Positions 1 through 9,560 of a stretch of 64,000 nucleotides of DNA are shown piece by piece (position 1 is the first letter of the stretch; every line of letters begins with the position of its first letter). This stretch comes from Terriglobia bacterium (GTDB lineage: Bacteria; Acidobacteriota; Terriglobia; Acidiferrales; UBA7541), in assembly GCA_963695545.1 (NCBI GenBank), contig OY968796.1, positions 1,184,001-1,248,000 on the forward strand. Reading direction: 5' to 3'. Made by a program: the position numbers and the translations under genes. The notes beneath the pieces are model-generated. The model had not been told where the DNA came from, made no database searches, and saw only the letters and a list, made by a program, of their open reading frames with translations.

Positions 1-1
1 C

Positions 2-178
2 GATTTCTGCGCGGAGCGCTCGCTCGAATTTCACGCCATTTCCGCCGTCACCGGCGAAGGCATCCCCGCTCTGGTCCACGCCATGGCCGACGCGCTCGAT
101 CGCTTGCCCGCCGCCGAGCGCCCTGAGCCTTCCGAGCCCGAAGAATCCGAACCCGCCGCCCGCGCGGAGGACAATTGA
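2..178 (+). CDS. obgE: GTPase ObgE, C-terminal fragment (5' partial)
   Basis: Frame from base 2 reads DFCAERSLEFHAISAVTGEGIPALVHAM..., containing a G5-type ISAVTGEG motif; stop TGA 176-178 overlaps the nadD start; obg-nadD-rsfS adjacency is common. Confidence 0.7.
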   Translation, partial: DFCAERSLEFHAISAVTGEGIPALVHAMADALDRLPAAERPEPSEPEESEPAARAEDN

Positions 179-867
179 GCGCGCGCGGTCCCCGCGGTCA
201 GCGCATCGCGTTGTTCGGCGGCACGTTCGATCCCGTGCATTCCGGCCACATCGCCGTGGCGCGCGCCGCGCTGCGGCGCTTTCATCTCGATCGCATTTAT
301 TTCATCCCATGCGGCCGTCCGCCGCACAAGCGCGGCAGAGAACTCGCGCCGTTTCCACATCGCTACGCCATGGTGGCGCTGGCCTGCGCGGGCCACCACA
401 ACTTTGTGGCCTCGCTCGCGGAAGCGGGCAAGGATCTCGCGGGGCGCGAAGTGTTTTATTCGGTGGACACGGTCCGGAAATTTCGTAAGCAATCAATCGA
501 GCGCGGCGACCATCTTTTTTTCCTGATGGGCGCCGACTCGTTTCTGCAAATCAAAACCTGGCGCACGCCGGAAATTCTGCTCGGCCTGTGTGATTTCATC
601 GTCGCCAGCCGCCCCGGCTTCTCGAGCGACGCGTTGCGCCGCGCGGTTCCCGCATCGGTTTTGCCGCGTGCACAAAGCGCGCCGGCGAAGCGCGCCGCCG
701 GAATTCTCGCCTTGCGCCGCACCACAGTTTTTCTGCTCGACGCCGTTTCGAGTCCCGTCTCCGCCACGGATGTCCGCTGGCGAATCAAGCACGGCCGATC
801 GATTCGCGGGCTTGTGCCGGTCCGCGTCGAGGAATACATTACGCGGCAGGGCCTATACCAACGGTGA
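175..867 (+). CDS. nadD: Nicotinate-nucleotide adenylyltransferase
   Basis: FGGTFDPVHSGH (HxGH), PPHK, MGADSF, VSATDVR motifs. Confidence 0.95.
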   Translation: MSARGPRGQRIALFGGTFDPVHSGHIAVARAALRRFHLDRIYFIPCGRPPHKRGRELAPFPHRYAMVALACAGHHNFVASLAEAGKDLAGREVFYSVDTVRKFRKQSIERGDHLFFLMGADSFLQIKTWRTPEILLGLCDFIVASRPGFSSDALRRAVPASVLPRAQSAPAKRAAGILALRRTTVFLLDAVSSPVSATDVRWRIKHGRSIRGLVPVRVEEYITRQGLYQR

Positions 868-1277
868 CCACGGACGGGCTTCGACACGAATTGCAGTGGG
901 CCATCGAGGCGGCGCAGAGCAAGAAAGCCGCCGCCATGACGCTGCTCGACCTCACCAATCTCAGCGCATTCACGGGATCATTTTTATTGTGCAGCGGACT
1001 GAGCACGCGTCAGGTGGAAGCCATCAGCGACGCCATCGCCGAAGCCGGCGCGCGCCGCGGAATTCGTCTGGCGCATCGCGAAGGCAAATCCGGCGCGGAA
1101 TGGGTTTTGCTCGATTTCGGCCACGTCATCGCGCACGTCTTCACCGAGCGCGCGCGCAAATTCTACGATCTTGAGCGCCTCTGGCGCGCCGCTCGCCGTA
1201 CCGACATTCCCGACGTCGAAGATATGACGCCACGCGTCTCTCGCGCGCAGGCCGCCGAACACGAGGATTCCTTGTGA
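864..1277 (+). CDS. rsfS: Ribosome silencing factor RsfS (Iojap)
   Basis: EWVLLDFG..AHVF...R.FYDLERLW signature; follows nadD. Confidence 0.95.
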   Translation: MTTDGLRHELQWAIEAAQSKKAAAMTLLDLTNLSAFTGSFLLCSGLSTRQVEAISDAIAEAGARRGIRLAHREGKSGAEWVLLDFGHVIAHVFTERARKFYDLERLWRAARRTDIPDVEDMTPRVSRAQAAEHEDSL

Positions 1278-2206
1278 TCGACGCCGCCAGCGTTTGGGTG
1301 ACGGCCGATCCCGCTTCGGCAGCCGTATTGGAGCTTGCACGCCGGGTGGCGCAGACCGCCACGACGGCGCTGATCATCGGCGAGAGCGGCACCGGCAAAG
1401 ATCAACTCGCGCGCGCCATCCATCAGATGAGTCCGCGACGCGACGCCCCGCTTCTGAAAATCGATTGCGCCAGCATGCCGCAGGAACTTGTGGAATCCGA
1501 ACTGTTCGGTCATGAGCGCGGCGCTTTCACCGGCGCGGTCGAGCGCAAACGCGGGCGCCTCGAAATGGCCGCCGGTGGCACGATCGCGCTCGACGAAGTC
1601 GCCGCGCTTTCGACGGCCACGCAATCGAAACTGTTGCGCGTTCTCGACGAGCGATCGTTCGAGCGCCTCGGCGGCACCGAAACGCTCACCATCGACGCGC
1701 GTCTGCTCGCGCTGACCAACGCCGACCTCAGCCGCCTGGTTTCCGCCGGGCGCTTTCGCGAAGACCTCTTCTTTCGCTTGAGCGTGCTGACGATTCGCGT
1801 TCCCCCGCTGCGCGAGCGCCCTGGCGACATCGTGCCGCTCACCGACCATTTGCTCGAGCGCCTCGCCGCTGTGCACGGCAAGCCCGGCGCGCGCCTCACC
1901 GAGCCCGTGCGGCGCATGCTGCTTGCCTACTCGTGGCCCGGCAACGTCCGCGAACTCAAGAACGCGCTCGAACACGCGCTGGTTTTCGCCGCCTCGGACG
2001 CACTCGAGCCGCGCGATTTTCCCGAAAGCATTCGCGCGGCGGATACGCAACTCGGCGCGGGCTTGCACTCCCTCGAAGAACTTGAAAAAGAGGCGATCCG
2101 CGCCACGCTCGAAGCCACGCGCTACAAAATCACGCGCACGGCCGAAATCCTCGGTATCAGCCGCAAGACGCTCCTCGACAAACGCAAGAAATACGGCTTG
2201 AACTAG
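1274..2206 (+). CDS. Sigma-54 enhancer-binding protein (AAA+ plus Fis HTH) with no N-terminal regulatory domain
   Basis: GESGTGKD Walker A, ESELFGHERGAFTGA, LDEV Walker B, FREDLFFRL, WPGNVREL, C-terminal TAEILGISRKTL. Confidence 0.92.
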   Translation: MIDAASVWVTADPASAAVLELARRVAQTATTALIIGESGTGKDQLARAIHQMSPRRDAPLLKIDCASMPQELVESELFGHERGAFTGAVERKRGRLEMAAGGTIALDEVAALSTATQSKLLRVLDERSFERLGGTETLTIDARLLALTNADLSRLVSAGRFREDLFFRLSVLTIRVPPLRERPGDIVPLTDHLLERLAAVHGKPGARLTEPVRRMLLAYSWPGNVRELKNALEHALVFAASDALEPRDFPESIRAADTQLGAGLHSLEELEKEAIRATLEATRYKITRTAEILGISRKTLLDKRKKYGLN

Positions 2207-2231
2207 GAAAGAGACAAGAGGCAGAACCGCG

Positions 2232-2663
2232 ATGCGCATTCGTCTGGTGATGCTCGGCAAGACGCGTCGCCCTGAAATCCGCGCTCTCCTCGAAGATTAC
2301 GTCGCGCGCATTCGCCGCTACGCCGAAGTGGATTGGATCGAGTTGCGCGAAACTTCCGCGACCGCGATGCGCCGCGCCGAACCTTCGGAAAGCTCTACAG
2401 TGGTGTTGCTCGATCCAGCCGGGCGCACGCTCACTTCAGAAAAATTTGCGGGATGGTTGCGGGAAGCGCGCGATGGTGGCGTGCGCGAACTCGTATTTCT
2501 GTGCGGCGCAGCCGAGGGATTTCCGGAAGCTTGGCGGCGTCGCGCGGGAATGAAGCTATCTCTTTCCGCGCTCACCTTCTCGCACGAACTCGCGCGCGCC
2601 ATCCTCGCCGAACAGCTCTACCGCGCGTTCACGATTCTCGCGGGACACCCGTACCCGAAGTGA
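2232..2663 (+). CDS. rlmH: 23S rRNA pseudouridine-1915 N3-methyltransferase
   Basis: SLSALTFSHELARAILAEQLYRAFTILAGHPYPK SPOUT C-terminus. Confidence 0.95.
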   Translation: MRIRLVMLGKTRRPEIRALLEDYVARIRRYAEVDWIELRETSATAMRRAEPSESSTVVLLDPAGRTLTSEKFAGWLREARDGGVRELVFLCGAAEGFPEAWRRRAGMKLSLSALTFSHELARAILAEQLYRAFTILAGHPYPK

Positions 2664-2706
2664 ACCCAGGCAGCTCGAACAATTTTGCGGGTTTGCTGAA
2701 AAATGT

Positions 2707-3408
2707 TTAACTGGCGACAGCCTGACGACGTGCCTCGATCCCGTCGAGCGCGCGCCACAACGCCTTCGCCGCGTTTTCTGCAGCGTCCAGCGCCGGCGTG
2801 GCCACATCAGGATCTTCCGAAATCAATCGGTCGAGTTGCTCGCGCCACACGCGGCTGTGGTACACGTCCGCCGTCGCGTGCAGTGTGAAGTATTCGCACG
2901 CTGCATCGTCGGCGCCATAGCGATCGCGCAGACCGCTCGCCTTCTCCGCCGCAACGCGCGGCACTTGCGATTCGTATGCGTAGAACGCTCCGAGCGCTTC
3001 GGCAGGACGCCCCGTGCGCGCCAAATTCTCAAAGCTCTCGATCAACTCGCGCACTTCAAGCAGCGGCTCGCTTGCAGCGACCTCCGCGGAATCCGCGCCC
3101 ATTGCCCGAGCGAATTCAAGCCAAATGGCATGGTGCGGGCGCCCGCCCGCCGCTTCCGTCCCCAATTCATCGGCTCGATTCTCGAGCACGGCCGTGCGCA
3201 GCGCCCCCTCCGGCAAACGCGCGGCCAGCGCGCCCAGATATTCCGGAAACGCGGCGACGTGATGATAGTAATCGCGCGCATATTCCCGCAATTCCTCGCG
3301 CGTCAATTCGCCGGCCTTCCACGCCTTATAAAATGGATGGCACAACAAGTCGTACTTCGCCGTGCGCCGCTCAAGCTCGCTCCAAAAAATGGTCTCGGAC
3401 ATTGACAC
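2707..3408 (-). CDS. CADD/PqqC-like heme-oxygenase-fold diiron protein (putative pABA synthase)
   Basis: LLCHPFY..W..GEL, YYHHV..FP, ENRADE..H, AYESQVP, FTLHATADVYH metal-ligand pattern. Confidence 0.8.
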   Translation of the reverse strand: MSMSETIFWSELERRTAKYDLLCHPFYKAWKAGELTREELREYARDYYHHVAAFPEYLGALAARLPEGALRTAVLENRADELGTEAAGGRPHHAIWLEFARAMGADSAEVAASEPLLEVRELIESFENLARTGRPAEALGAFYAYESQVPRVAAEKASGLRDRYGADDAACEYFTLHATADVYHSRVWREQLDRLISEDPDVATPALDAAENAAKALWRALDGIEARRQAVAS

Positions 3409-3614
3409 GAAGTCTCTCCTTGTAAAAACTTGTGGAAACGCGAAATCGTTTCGTCAAGTGTAGCGCCCCGTACGGCGCCCAGTCCAGCAAATGACGGGCC
3501 TACGCACCGGCGTCTTGTGATCGCGCGCTGCTGTGCGGCTCCGCCCCGGCCCATGTTATGCTTCCTCCTTCCGTCTCCGCGCCGCAGGGCGTGGCGTCTT
3601 GTGACAAAATCTCC

Positions 3615-4151
3615 ATGCCCGACGACAAGGGACTCCTGATCGTTTACACCGGCCCGGGCAAGGGCAAGACCACCTGCGCTCTCGGCACCGCATTTCGCGC
3701 CGTGGGACAAGGCCTGCGCGTGATGATGGTCCAGTTCATAAAAGGCTCGTGGCATTACGGCGAGCTGGACGCCGCGGAAATGCTGGGCGAGGGAAAATTC
3801 GAGATTCGGCCGATGGGCCGCGGCTTCGTCAAGCTCGGGCAGGATCAGACCGATCCCGAAGATGTCCGCCTCTGCGAGCAAGCCTGGGAATTCGGCCGCG
3901 CGCAAATCGATAGCGGCCGTTACGATTTGGTTGTGCTTGACGAGATCAACTACGTGATCAGCTACAAGATGCTCGATCCGGAAAAGGTCGTCGCCGCGCT
4001 CGCCGCGCGGCCCGAACGTGTGCACGTGATCTGCACCGGACGCAACGCGCATCCCAAGCTCGTCGAGCTCGCGGACCTGGTGACGGAGATGCGCGAGATC
4101 AAGCATCCGTACACCAAGGGCGTGCTGGCTCAGCGCGGCATCGATTACTAG
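3615..4151 (+). CDS. cobO: Cob(I)yrinic acid a,c-diamide adenosyltransferase (CobO/BtuR)
   Basis: YTGPGKGKTT, QFIKG, LDEIN, TGRNA, KHPY..G..AQRGIDY. Confidence 0.95.
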   Translation: MPDDKGLLIVYTGPGKGKTTCALGTAFRAVGQGLRVMMVQFIKGSWHYGELDAAEMLGEGKFEIRPMGRGFVKLGQDQTDPEDVRLCEQAWEFGRAQIDSGRYDLVVLDEINYVISYKMLDPEKVVAALAARPERVHVICTGRNAHPKLVELADLVTEMREIKHPYTKGVLAQRGIDY

Positions 4152-4166
4152 GGCGGAGAATTTCCA

Positions 4167-5015
4167 ATGGCCTGGTTCAAGCGCGAAAAAAAATCGATCG
4201 ACCACCCGGTCCCGCCCGACGAGCGCACCGTGAAGACCGAAGGCCTGTGGACCAAGTGCGCAAGCTGCCGCACCATCGTCTGGAAAAAGGATCTCGAGGC
4301 CAATTTTTACGTCTGCCCGAAGTGTCAGCACCATTTCCGCGTCGGCTCGAAAAAGCGGCTCGAGCTGCTTCTTGACGGCCACTGGGTCGAGCACGACGCC
4401 GCGCTCGCATCGAGCGATCCTCTGCACTTCACGGACACCCGCCCCTACGCCACGCGATTGCGCAAGGCGCAGCGCGATCTCGGCATGGCTGACGCCATCG
4501 TCACCGCCGAAGGCCTGCTGAACGGCCGCCCCGTAATGTGTTGCTCGATGGAGTTCGGCTTCATCGCCGGTACCATGGGCGCCGTCGTCGGAGAGAAAGT
4601 GACCCGCGCGATCGAAATGGCCATCGAGCGGCGCCTGCCCTTGGTGATCGTTTCCTGCTCCGGCGGCGCGCGCATGATGGAAGGCACCATCAGCCTGCTG
4701 CAGCTCGCCAAAGTTTCGGCGGCGCTCGCGCGTCTGGACGAAGCGCGTCTCCCGTTTATTTCCGTGCTCACCGATCCCACCACCGGCGGCGTCACCGCCA
4801 GCTACGCCATGCTCGGCGATTTGAACATCGGCGAGCCCGGCGCCCTGATCGGCTTCGCCGGCGCGCGCGTGATCGAGCAAACCATCCGCCAGAAATTGCC
4901 CGAAGGTTTCCAGCGCTCCGAATTTTTATTGCAGCATGGATTTCTTGACGCCGTCGTGCATCGCAAGGATCTGAAAACCTACATCTCCTCGGCGCTCGAT
5001 TTTTTTCTGGCGTAG
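4167..5015 (+). CDS. accD: Acetyl-CoA carboxylase carboxyltransferase beta subunit
   Basis: C4 zinc finger (CASC/CPKC), SGGARMMEG, DPTTGGVTAS, GFQRSEFL. Confidence 0.97.
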   Translation: MAWFKREKKSIDHPVPPDERTVKTEGLWTKCASCRTIVWKKDLEANFYVCPKCQHHFRVGSKKRLELLLDGHWVEHDAALASSDPLHFTDTRPYATRLRKAQRDLGMADAIVTAEGLLNGRPVMCCSMEFGFIAGTMGAVVGEKVTRAIEMAIERRLPLVIVSCSGGARMMEGTISLLQLAKVSAALARLDEARLPFISVLTDPTTGGVTASYAMLGDLNIGEPGALIGFAGARVIEQTIRQKLPEGFQRSEFLLQHGFLDAVVHRKDLKTYISSALDFFLA

Positions 5016-5056
5016 CGCCGCACGAGAGTTTTCTTTTTCCGCCAACACCCGCTCCC

Positions 5057-6505
5057 ATGTCCGTCTCGCTCAATTACGATGAAGCCGTCCGCTACCTGCT
5101 CTCGCTCGGCCGCGAACTGGCTTCGCCGCAACAAGCCAGCGCCACGAAATTCGGCCTTGAAAACATTCGCGCTCTCGTCGAACACCTGGGCCACCCCGAG
5201 CGCCGCTATCCCTCCGCGCTCATCGCCGGCACGAATGGCAAAGGCTCCACCGCCACCATGCTCGCCTCGATCCTCGATTCCGCCGGAATGCGCACGGGCC
5301 TTTACACTTCGCCGCACCTCGCGCGCATCAACGAGCGCATTCGCATCTCCGGCCGCGAAATTTCCGACGACGATTTCGCCGCCGCTCTAGCGCGCATCCG
5401 CAAAGCCATCGAAGAACTGCTCGCAGCCGGCGATCTCGCGGCCCATCCAACTTTCTTCGAGTGCGTCACGGCCATGGCCTTCGATGAATTTGCCCGCGAG
5501 CGCGTCGATTTCGCTGTGTTCGAGGTCGGCATGGGCGGCCGTCTGGATGCGACCAACGTCATCGAGCCCGAAGTCGCCGTCATCACGCAAATCGCGTTCG
5601 ACCACGAAAATTTTCTAGGTCATTCCATCGAGGAAATCGCCGGCGAAAAAGCCGGCATCATCAAGCCCGGCGCGTGGGTGGTGAGCGCCGCGGAAAATCC
5701 ATCCGCGCGCGCCGTGATTCGCGCCCGCGCCGAAGCCCAGCACGCGCGCTTCGTCGAAATCGACGAAGCGTTTCACGTGAAACAATTGAGCGCCCCATAC
5801 GCCAGCGAAACCGCGAACGAAAGCGCGCCCGATTCGCTGCACGCCACCCACTTCGAGGCCATCGAGAAATCCTCAGACCGCGCAATCGAAATCACCGTGC
5901 CGCTCCCCGGCCGCTTCCAGCAGCGCAACGCCCTCGCCGCGCTCGCCGCAGCGCGCCTCCTCGCCGAGCGCGGATTCCCCCCGGTCTGCGCGGAGCGCAC
6001 TGCTTTAATCAACGATGCGGCCATCGCACGCGGCATCGCGCGAGTCCACTGGCCTGGCCGCCTCGAACGCATCGGCGATCGCCCCGCCGTGTACCTCGAC
6101 GGCGCTCACAATCCCGCGGGCGCGCGAGAACTCGTGGCTTTTTGGGATGAGCACTTCGCCGGCGTTCCAATTCATCTGGTTTACGGCGCGCTGCGCGATA
6201 AGCCTGTCGACGAAATCTGCGGCCTACTCTTCCCGCGCGCCGCCACCGTGATCATCACCGAGCCGCGCCAGCCCCGCGCGCTCTCCGCGTCCGTGCTAGC
6301 CGCCATGACAGCCCATTTCGCACACAACGTCGAGATCGTCCCCGATCCCGCCGTCGCTCTCGAGCGCGCGGTCCTCCGCGCCGCGCCCGAAGACGCCGTC
6401 TTCGCCACCGGCTCGCTCTACCTCATCGAAGACTACCGCCGCGGCTGGGCCAACGCCCACGCCGCCAGCGCTTCCTCGCCGCCGATCCGCGGAAGTTCAC
6501 GTTAA
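5057..6505 (+). CDS. folC: Bifunctional folylpolyglutamate synthase/dihydrofolate synthase
   Basis: IAGTNGKGST, YTSPHL, EVGMGGRLDATN, WPGRLE, LDGAHNP, TGSLYL. Confidence 0.96.
   Translation: MSVSLNYDEAVRYLLSLGRELASPQQASATKFGLENIRALVEHLGHPERRYPSALIAGTNGKGSTATMLASILDSAGMRTGLYTSPHLARINERIRISGREISDDDFAAALARIRKAIEELLAAGDLAAHPTFFECVTAMAFDEFARERVDFAVFEVGMGGRLDATNVIEPEVAVITQIAFDHENFLGHSIEEIAGEKAGIIKPGAWVVSAAENPSARAVIRARAEAQHARFVEIDEAFHVKQLSAPYASETANESAPDSLHATHFEAIEKSSDRAIEITVPLPGRFQQRNALAALAAARLLAERGFPPVCAERTALINDAAIARGIARVHWPGRLERIGDRPAVYLDGAHNPAGARELVAFWDEHFAGVPIHLVYGALRDKPVDEICGLLFPRAATVIITEPRQPRALSASVLAAMTAHFAHNVEIVPDPAVALERAVLRAAPEDAVFATGSLYLIEDYRRGWANAHAASASSPPIRGSSR
5769..5784. promoter_or_regulatory. 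parS-like centromere site inside folC
   Basis: CGTTTCACGTGAAACA, one mismatch to the canonical TGTTTCACGTGAAACA. Confidence 0.6.
5981..6007 (-). repeat. 27-bp hairpin micro-repeat, in-frame copy in folC (encodes PVCAERTAL)
   Basis: CCGGTCTGCGCGGAGCGCACTGCTTTA is the reverse complement of the unit at 20792-20818 with 2 mismatches. Confidence 0.8.
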
Positions 6506-6551
6506 AGCGCTGTGGTACGGAGCGGCCCAAACGCGCGGTCGTAAAGGAGAG

Positions 6552-6776
6552 ATGATGCCCGGCGAATCTCAAAAGCCAGTGTGGTGGAAAATCCTCGTAG
6601 GGCTAGTGTTACTTTATGTTGAAATCAAGAACCATTTTAGTCAGGCGCCCAATCTGATGAAGGCGCGCGATCCAGCCGAGCAGCTGGGGATGAACATAGC
6701 GATGGGATTCTTTATCGCGCTGGGATGCTGGTTACTCTACTCTGGAATCAAGCCAGTGTGGCGCAAAACCCTTTGA
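6552..6776 (+). CDS. Small two-TM hypothetical membrane protein
   Basis: AAGGAG RBS, two hydrophobic segments, lower GC than neighbours. Confidence 0.65.
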   Translation: MMPGESQKPVWWKILVGLVLLYVEIKNHFSQAPNLMKARDPAEQLGMNIAMGFFIALGCWLLYSGIKPVWRKTL

Positions 6777-6870
6777 ATAAAACCCGAGAGTTTGATTTCA
6801 AGCTGACCACCATTAAACCGGCCGTCGAGTTGCCCGCCTCCGCGAGCGGATGCTACGATTGCCGGTTCCC

Positions 6871-7677
6871 ATGGCCACTCCACCACACACCAAGCCGCGC
6901 GTCGGCGTCCCCTGGCGCAACACCGCCGAAGAGACCAAGAACCAGCGCCCGAAGATTGATCCCTATCTCGACGCCGTTCGCGCCGCCGGCGGCGAGCCCG
7001 TCCTGCTCTCGCTCGACCAATCGCCAGAAAAGCTAAAAGGTCTGGCGAACACGCTTGACGCCTTCGTCCTCCCCGGCAGCCCCTCCGACGTGGACCCCGC
7101 CCGTTACGGCGCGCCGAAGCACCCCGAGACGAGCGATGCTGACGCCGCGCGCGAGCGCATGGACGCAACTCTTCTCGACCACGCGCTCGCCACGCATAAG
7201 CCTGTGCTGGCCATCTGTTACGGCACGCAATTCCTGAATGTCTATATGGGCGGCAGCCTGTTTCAGGATCTGCCTGACGAAAAACCCAGCCCGATCCGCC
7301 ACGATCGCGAGGACGACGCGCCCGATTCCGAGCACGCCGCGCGCATTGAAGCCGGCCGCGTCGCGGAATTGGCGCACCGCGTCGGAGCAACTGAATCGGC
7401 GCGCCCCGCGCAGTCCGGCGCCGCCGCCGAACTTGTCGTCAACAGTTCGCATCACCAAGCCGTACGCGAGCCGGGCCGCGACCTGCGCGTTACCGCGCAT
7501 GCCGCCGACGGCACGATCGAGGGAGTCGAATACACCGGCCCAGCCGACTGGATCGTCGGCGTGCAATGGCATCCCGAGCGAATCTCGAACAAAGCCAGTG
7601 GCGCCGAACTTTCGCGAGCGTTGTTCCGCGAGCTGATCTCGGAATCCGCCGCGCGCCGCGCGAAGCGCACTGGCTGA
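6871..7677 (+). CDS. Gamma-glutamyl-gamma-aminobutyrate hydrolase family (peptidase C26, class I glutamine amidotransferase)
   Basis: LPGSPSDVDP, LAICYGTQ nucleophile elbow, NSSHHQA, GVQWHPE. Confidence 0.9.
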   Translation: MATPPHTKPRVGVPWRNTAEETKNQRPKIDPYLDAVRAAGGEPVLLSLDQSPEKLKGLANTLDAFVLPGSPSDVDPARYGAPKHPETSDADAARERMDATLLDHALATHKPVLAICYGTQFLNVYMGGSLFQDLPDEKPSPIRHDREDDAPDSEHAARIEAGRVAELAHRVGATESARPAQSGAAAELVVNSSHHQAVREPGRDLRVTAHAADGTIEGVEYTGPADWIVGVQWHPERISNKASGAELSRALFRELISESAARRAKRTG

Positions 7678-7762
7678 AAAAAAGCGATAGGCATCAGGGC
7701 GGCGCGATCCCGACACCCGCGCCAAACCCGCGCACAAAAAATAGGCACCAGAGAGGAACCGA

Positions 7763-8527
7763 ATGATCTCCTTGGCAGGCAAAGCGGCACTCGTCACTGG
7801 CGGCTCACGCGGCATCGGCGCCGCAACCGTAAAAATGTTCGCGCAAGCCGGCGCCGACGTGGTGTTCAGTTACAACCGCAATCGCGAGGCCGCCGCGCAA
7901 GTCGAGCAGGAAGCGCGCAAGCACGGCACGCGCATCGAATCGCTCAAAGCCGATCTGGGCCGCATGGCCGACGCCAAGCGCCTGGTCGGCTACACGATCG
8001 AGCGCCTCGGCCGCCTGGACATCCTGGTCGCGAACGCCGGCATCTGGAACGCCGTGGACGCGCCCATCGAAAAGTTGACCGAGCGCGAATGGGACGACAT
8101 GATGCGCGTAAATCTCAAAAGCGTCTACGACGTCACGCACTTCGCCTCCGCGCGCATGATCGCGCAGCGCTCCGGCCGCATCATCGGCTTAAGCTCCACC
8201 GCCGGACAGCGCGGCGAGGCCTTTCATTCCCACTACGCCGCCACCAAAGGCGCCGTCATCAGCTTTGTGAAAGCTCTTTCCACCGAACTCGCGCGCCACA
8301 ACATCCTCGTCAATTGCGTCGCCCCCGGCTGGGTCGATACCGACATGTCAAAGTCTGTCCTGGACAACAAGGAAGGCTTGAAGTTTGCCACCTCGGTGAT
8401 CCCTCTGCGCCGCGTCGCCAAAGCCGAAGAGGTCGCCGGCGCCGTACTGTTCCTCGCCTCCGACCTGGCAACCTTTATCACCGGCGAAGTGCTCAATGTA
8501 AATGGGGGATCGGTGTTGTGCGGATGA
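7763..8527 (+). CDS. SDR family oxidoreductase (FabG-like)
   Basis: TGGSRGIG, NAG, YAATK, VAPGWVDT. Confidence 0.92.
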   Translation: MISLAGKAALVTGGSRGIGAATVKMFAQAGADVVFSYNRNREAAAQVEQEARKHGTRIESLKADLGRMADAKRLVGYTIERLGRLDILVANAGIWNAVDAPIEKLTEREWDDMMRVNLKSVYDVTHFASARMIAQRSGRIIGLSSTAGQRGEAFHSHYAATKGAVISFVKALSTELARHNILVNCVAPGWVDTDMSKSVLDNKEGLKFATSVIPLRRVAKAEEVAGAVLFLASDLATFITGEVLNVNGGSVLCG

Positions 8528-9453
8528 AAAATGCGGCGTGGATGAAAGCTGCTGTGCGGACGCACGATGTGGCGCGGATACGAAACGTTGTGCGCACGAG
8601 CTTGCGATTCGCGGTCCTAACTCTCGTAGCGCTGGCCCTCGCCGCCGCGCCGCTCCCGCTTCGCGCGCAGAACGACGAAGCGCTGATGCCCGACCAAAGC
8701 GCCGCCAAAGCCAAAGTCTTGCTGCAGCAGGAAATCGCTGCGCTCGGCGGCCAGGCCTATCTCACCGTGCACGATTACGTTTGCGAAGGACGCCTGGCTC
8801 AATTCGGTCACTCTGGCGACGTCACCGGCTATCCGCCCTTCAAGGATTTCTGGATTCTCCCCGACAAGAACCGCACCGAATGGGACAAAAAAGCCACCAT
8901 CGTCGATCTTTTCGCGGGCAACCAGGGCTGGTCGCTCGATCGCAGCGGCGTCAACGATCAGTCCGCCCAAGCCATCGCCGATTTCCGCGAACAAATCAGA
9001 GTGGATATGGACAACGTCCTGCGCTTTCGCCTCAACGAAGACGGCATGACCTTTCGTTACGCCGGCCCGGACATCGTCTATCTACAGCAGATCGACTGGG
9101 TCGAATTGGTCGATAAGAACGACACGACCATGCGCTTCGCGCTCGACGCATCCACGCACTTGCCGATTCAATACCAGGTGATCACACGAAATCCCGTCAC
9201 CCGCGAGCGCAGCGAGAAAGACACGCTCTATTCCGAATACATCCCCATCGACGGCGTGAACACCCCGCGCAAAGTTTCGCAGACGCAGGATGGCCGCGAA
9301 ATCTACGCCGCCGCTTACACCGGATGCCAGTACAACACCAATCTCGACGCCTACCTCTTCACCAAAAAATCCCTCGACGACCGCTACGCCCAGGAACCCA
9401 AACCGAAAAGCCAGAAGCCGGCGCCGCCAACGCATCCCGCTCCGTCGCACTGA
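8524..9453 (+). CDS. Secreted hypothetical protein (possible LolA-like sorting-protein fold)
   Basis: ATG overlaps the SDR stop; signal-peptide-like VLTLVALALAAAPLPLRAQ; beta-rich mature part. Confidence 0.65.
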   Translation: MKNAAWMKAAVRTHDVARIRNVVRTSLRFAVLTLVALALAAAPLPLRAQNDEALMPDQSAAKAKVLLQQEIAALGGQAYLTVHDYVCEGRLAQFGHSGDVTGYPPFKDFWILPDKNRTEWDKKATIVDLFAGNQGWSLDRSGVNDQSAQAIADFREQIRVDMDNVLRFRLNEDGMTFRYAGPDIVYLQQIDWVELVDKNDTTMRFALDASTHLPIQYQVITRNPVTRERSEKDTLYSEYIPIDGVNTPRKVSQTQDGREIYAAAYTGCQYNTNLDAYLFTKKSLDDRYAQEPKPKSQKPAPPTHPAPSH

Positions 9454-9560
9454 ACATCGCGCCGCTCAGATCCCTGCGCGCCTCCCATTCCTCGCTCCGA
9501 TTGCGTCGTCGAGTGGCTTTACAGAGTACAATCGCTTGTTCTTGAACGGGAGGCTCTCGA

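Noticed and set aside
7..28. CTGCGCGGAGCGC resembling the 27-bp micro-element core in obg
   Set aside because: Flanks do not match and FCAERSLEFHAISA looks like ordinary Obg sequence; probably chance in high-GC DNA.
3420..3614. Cobalamin riboswitch upstream of cobO
   Set aside because: No B12-box or other conserved riboswitch motifs visible.
3303..4880. Long antisense ORFs (also 19570-20835, 49798-51129, 53187-54767)
   Set aside because: Shadow frames of well-supported genes in high-GC DNA, with no recognisable motifs.
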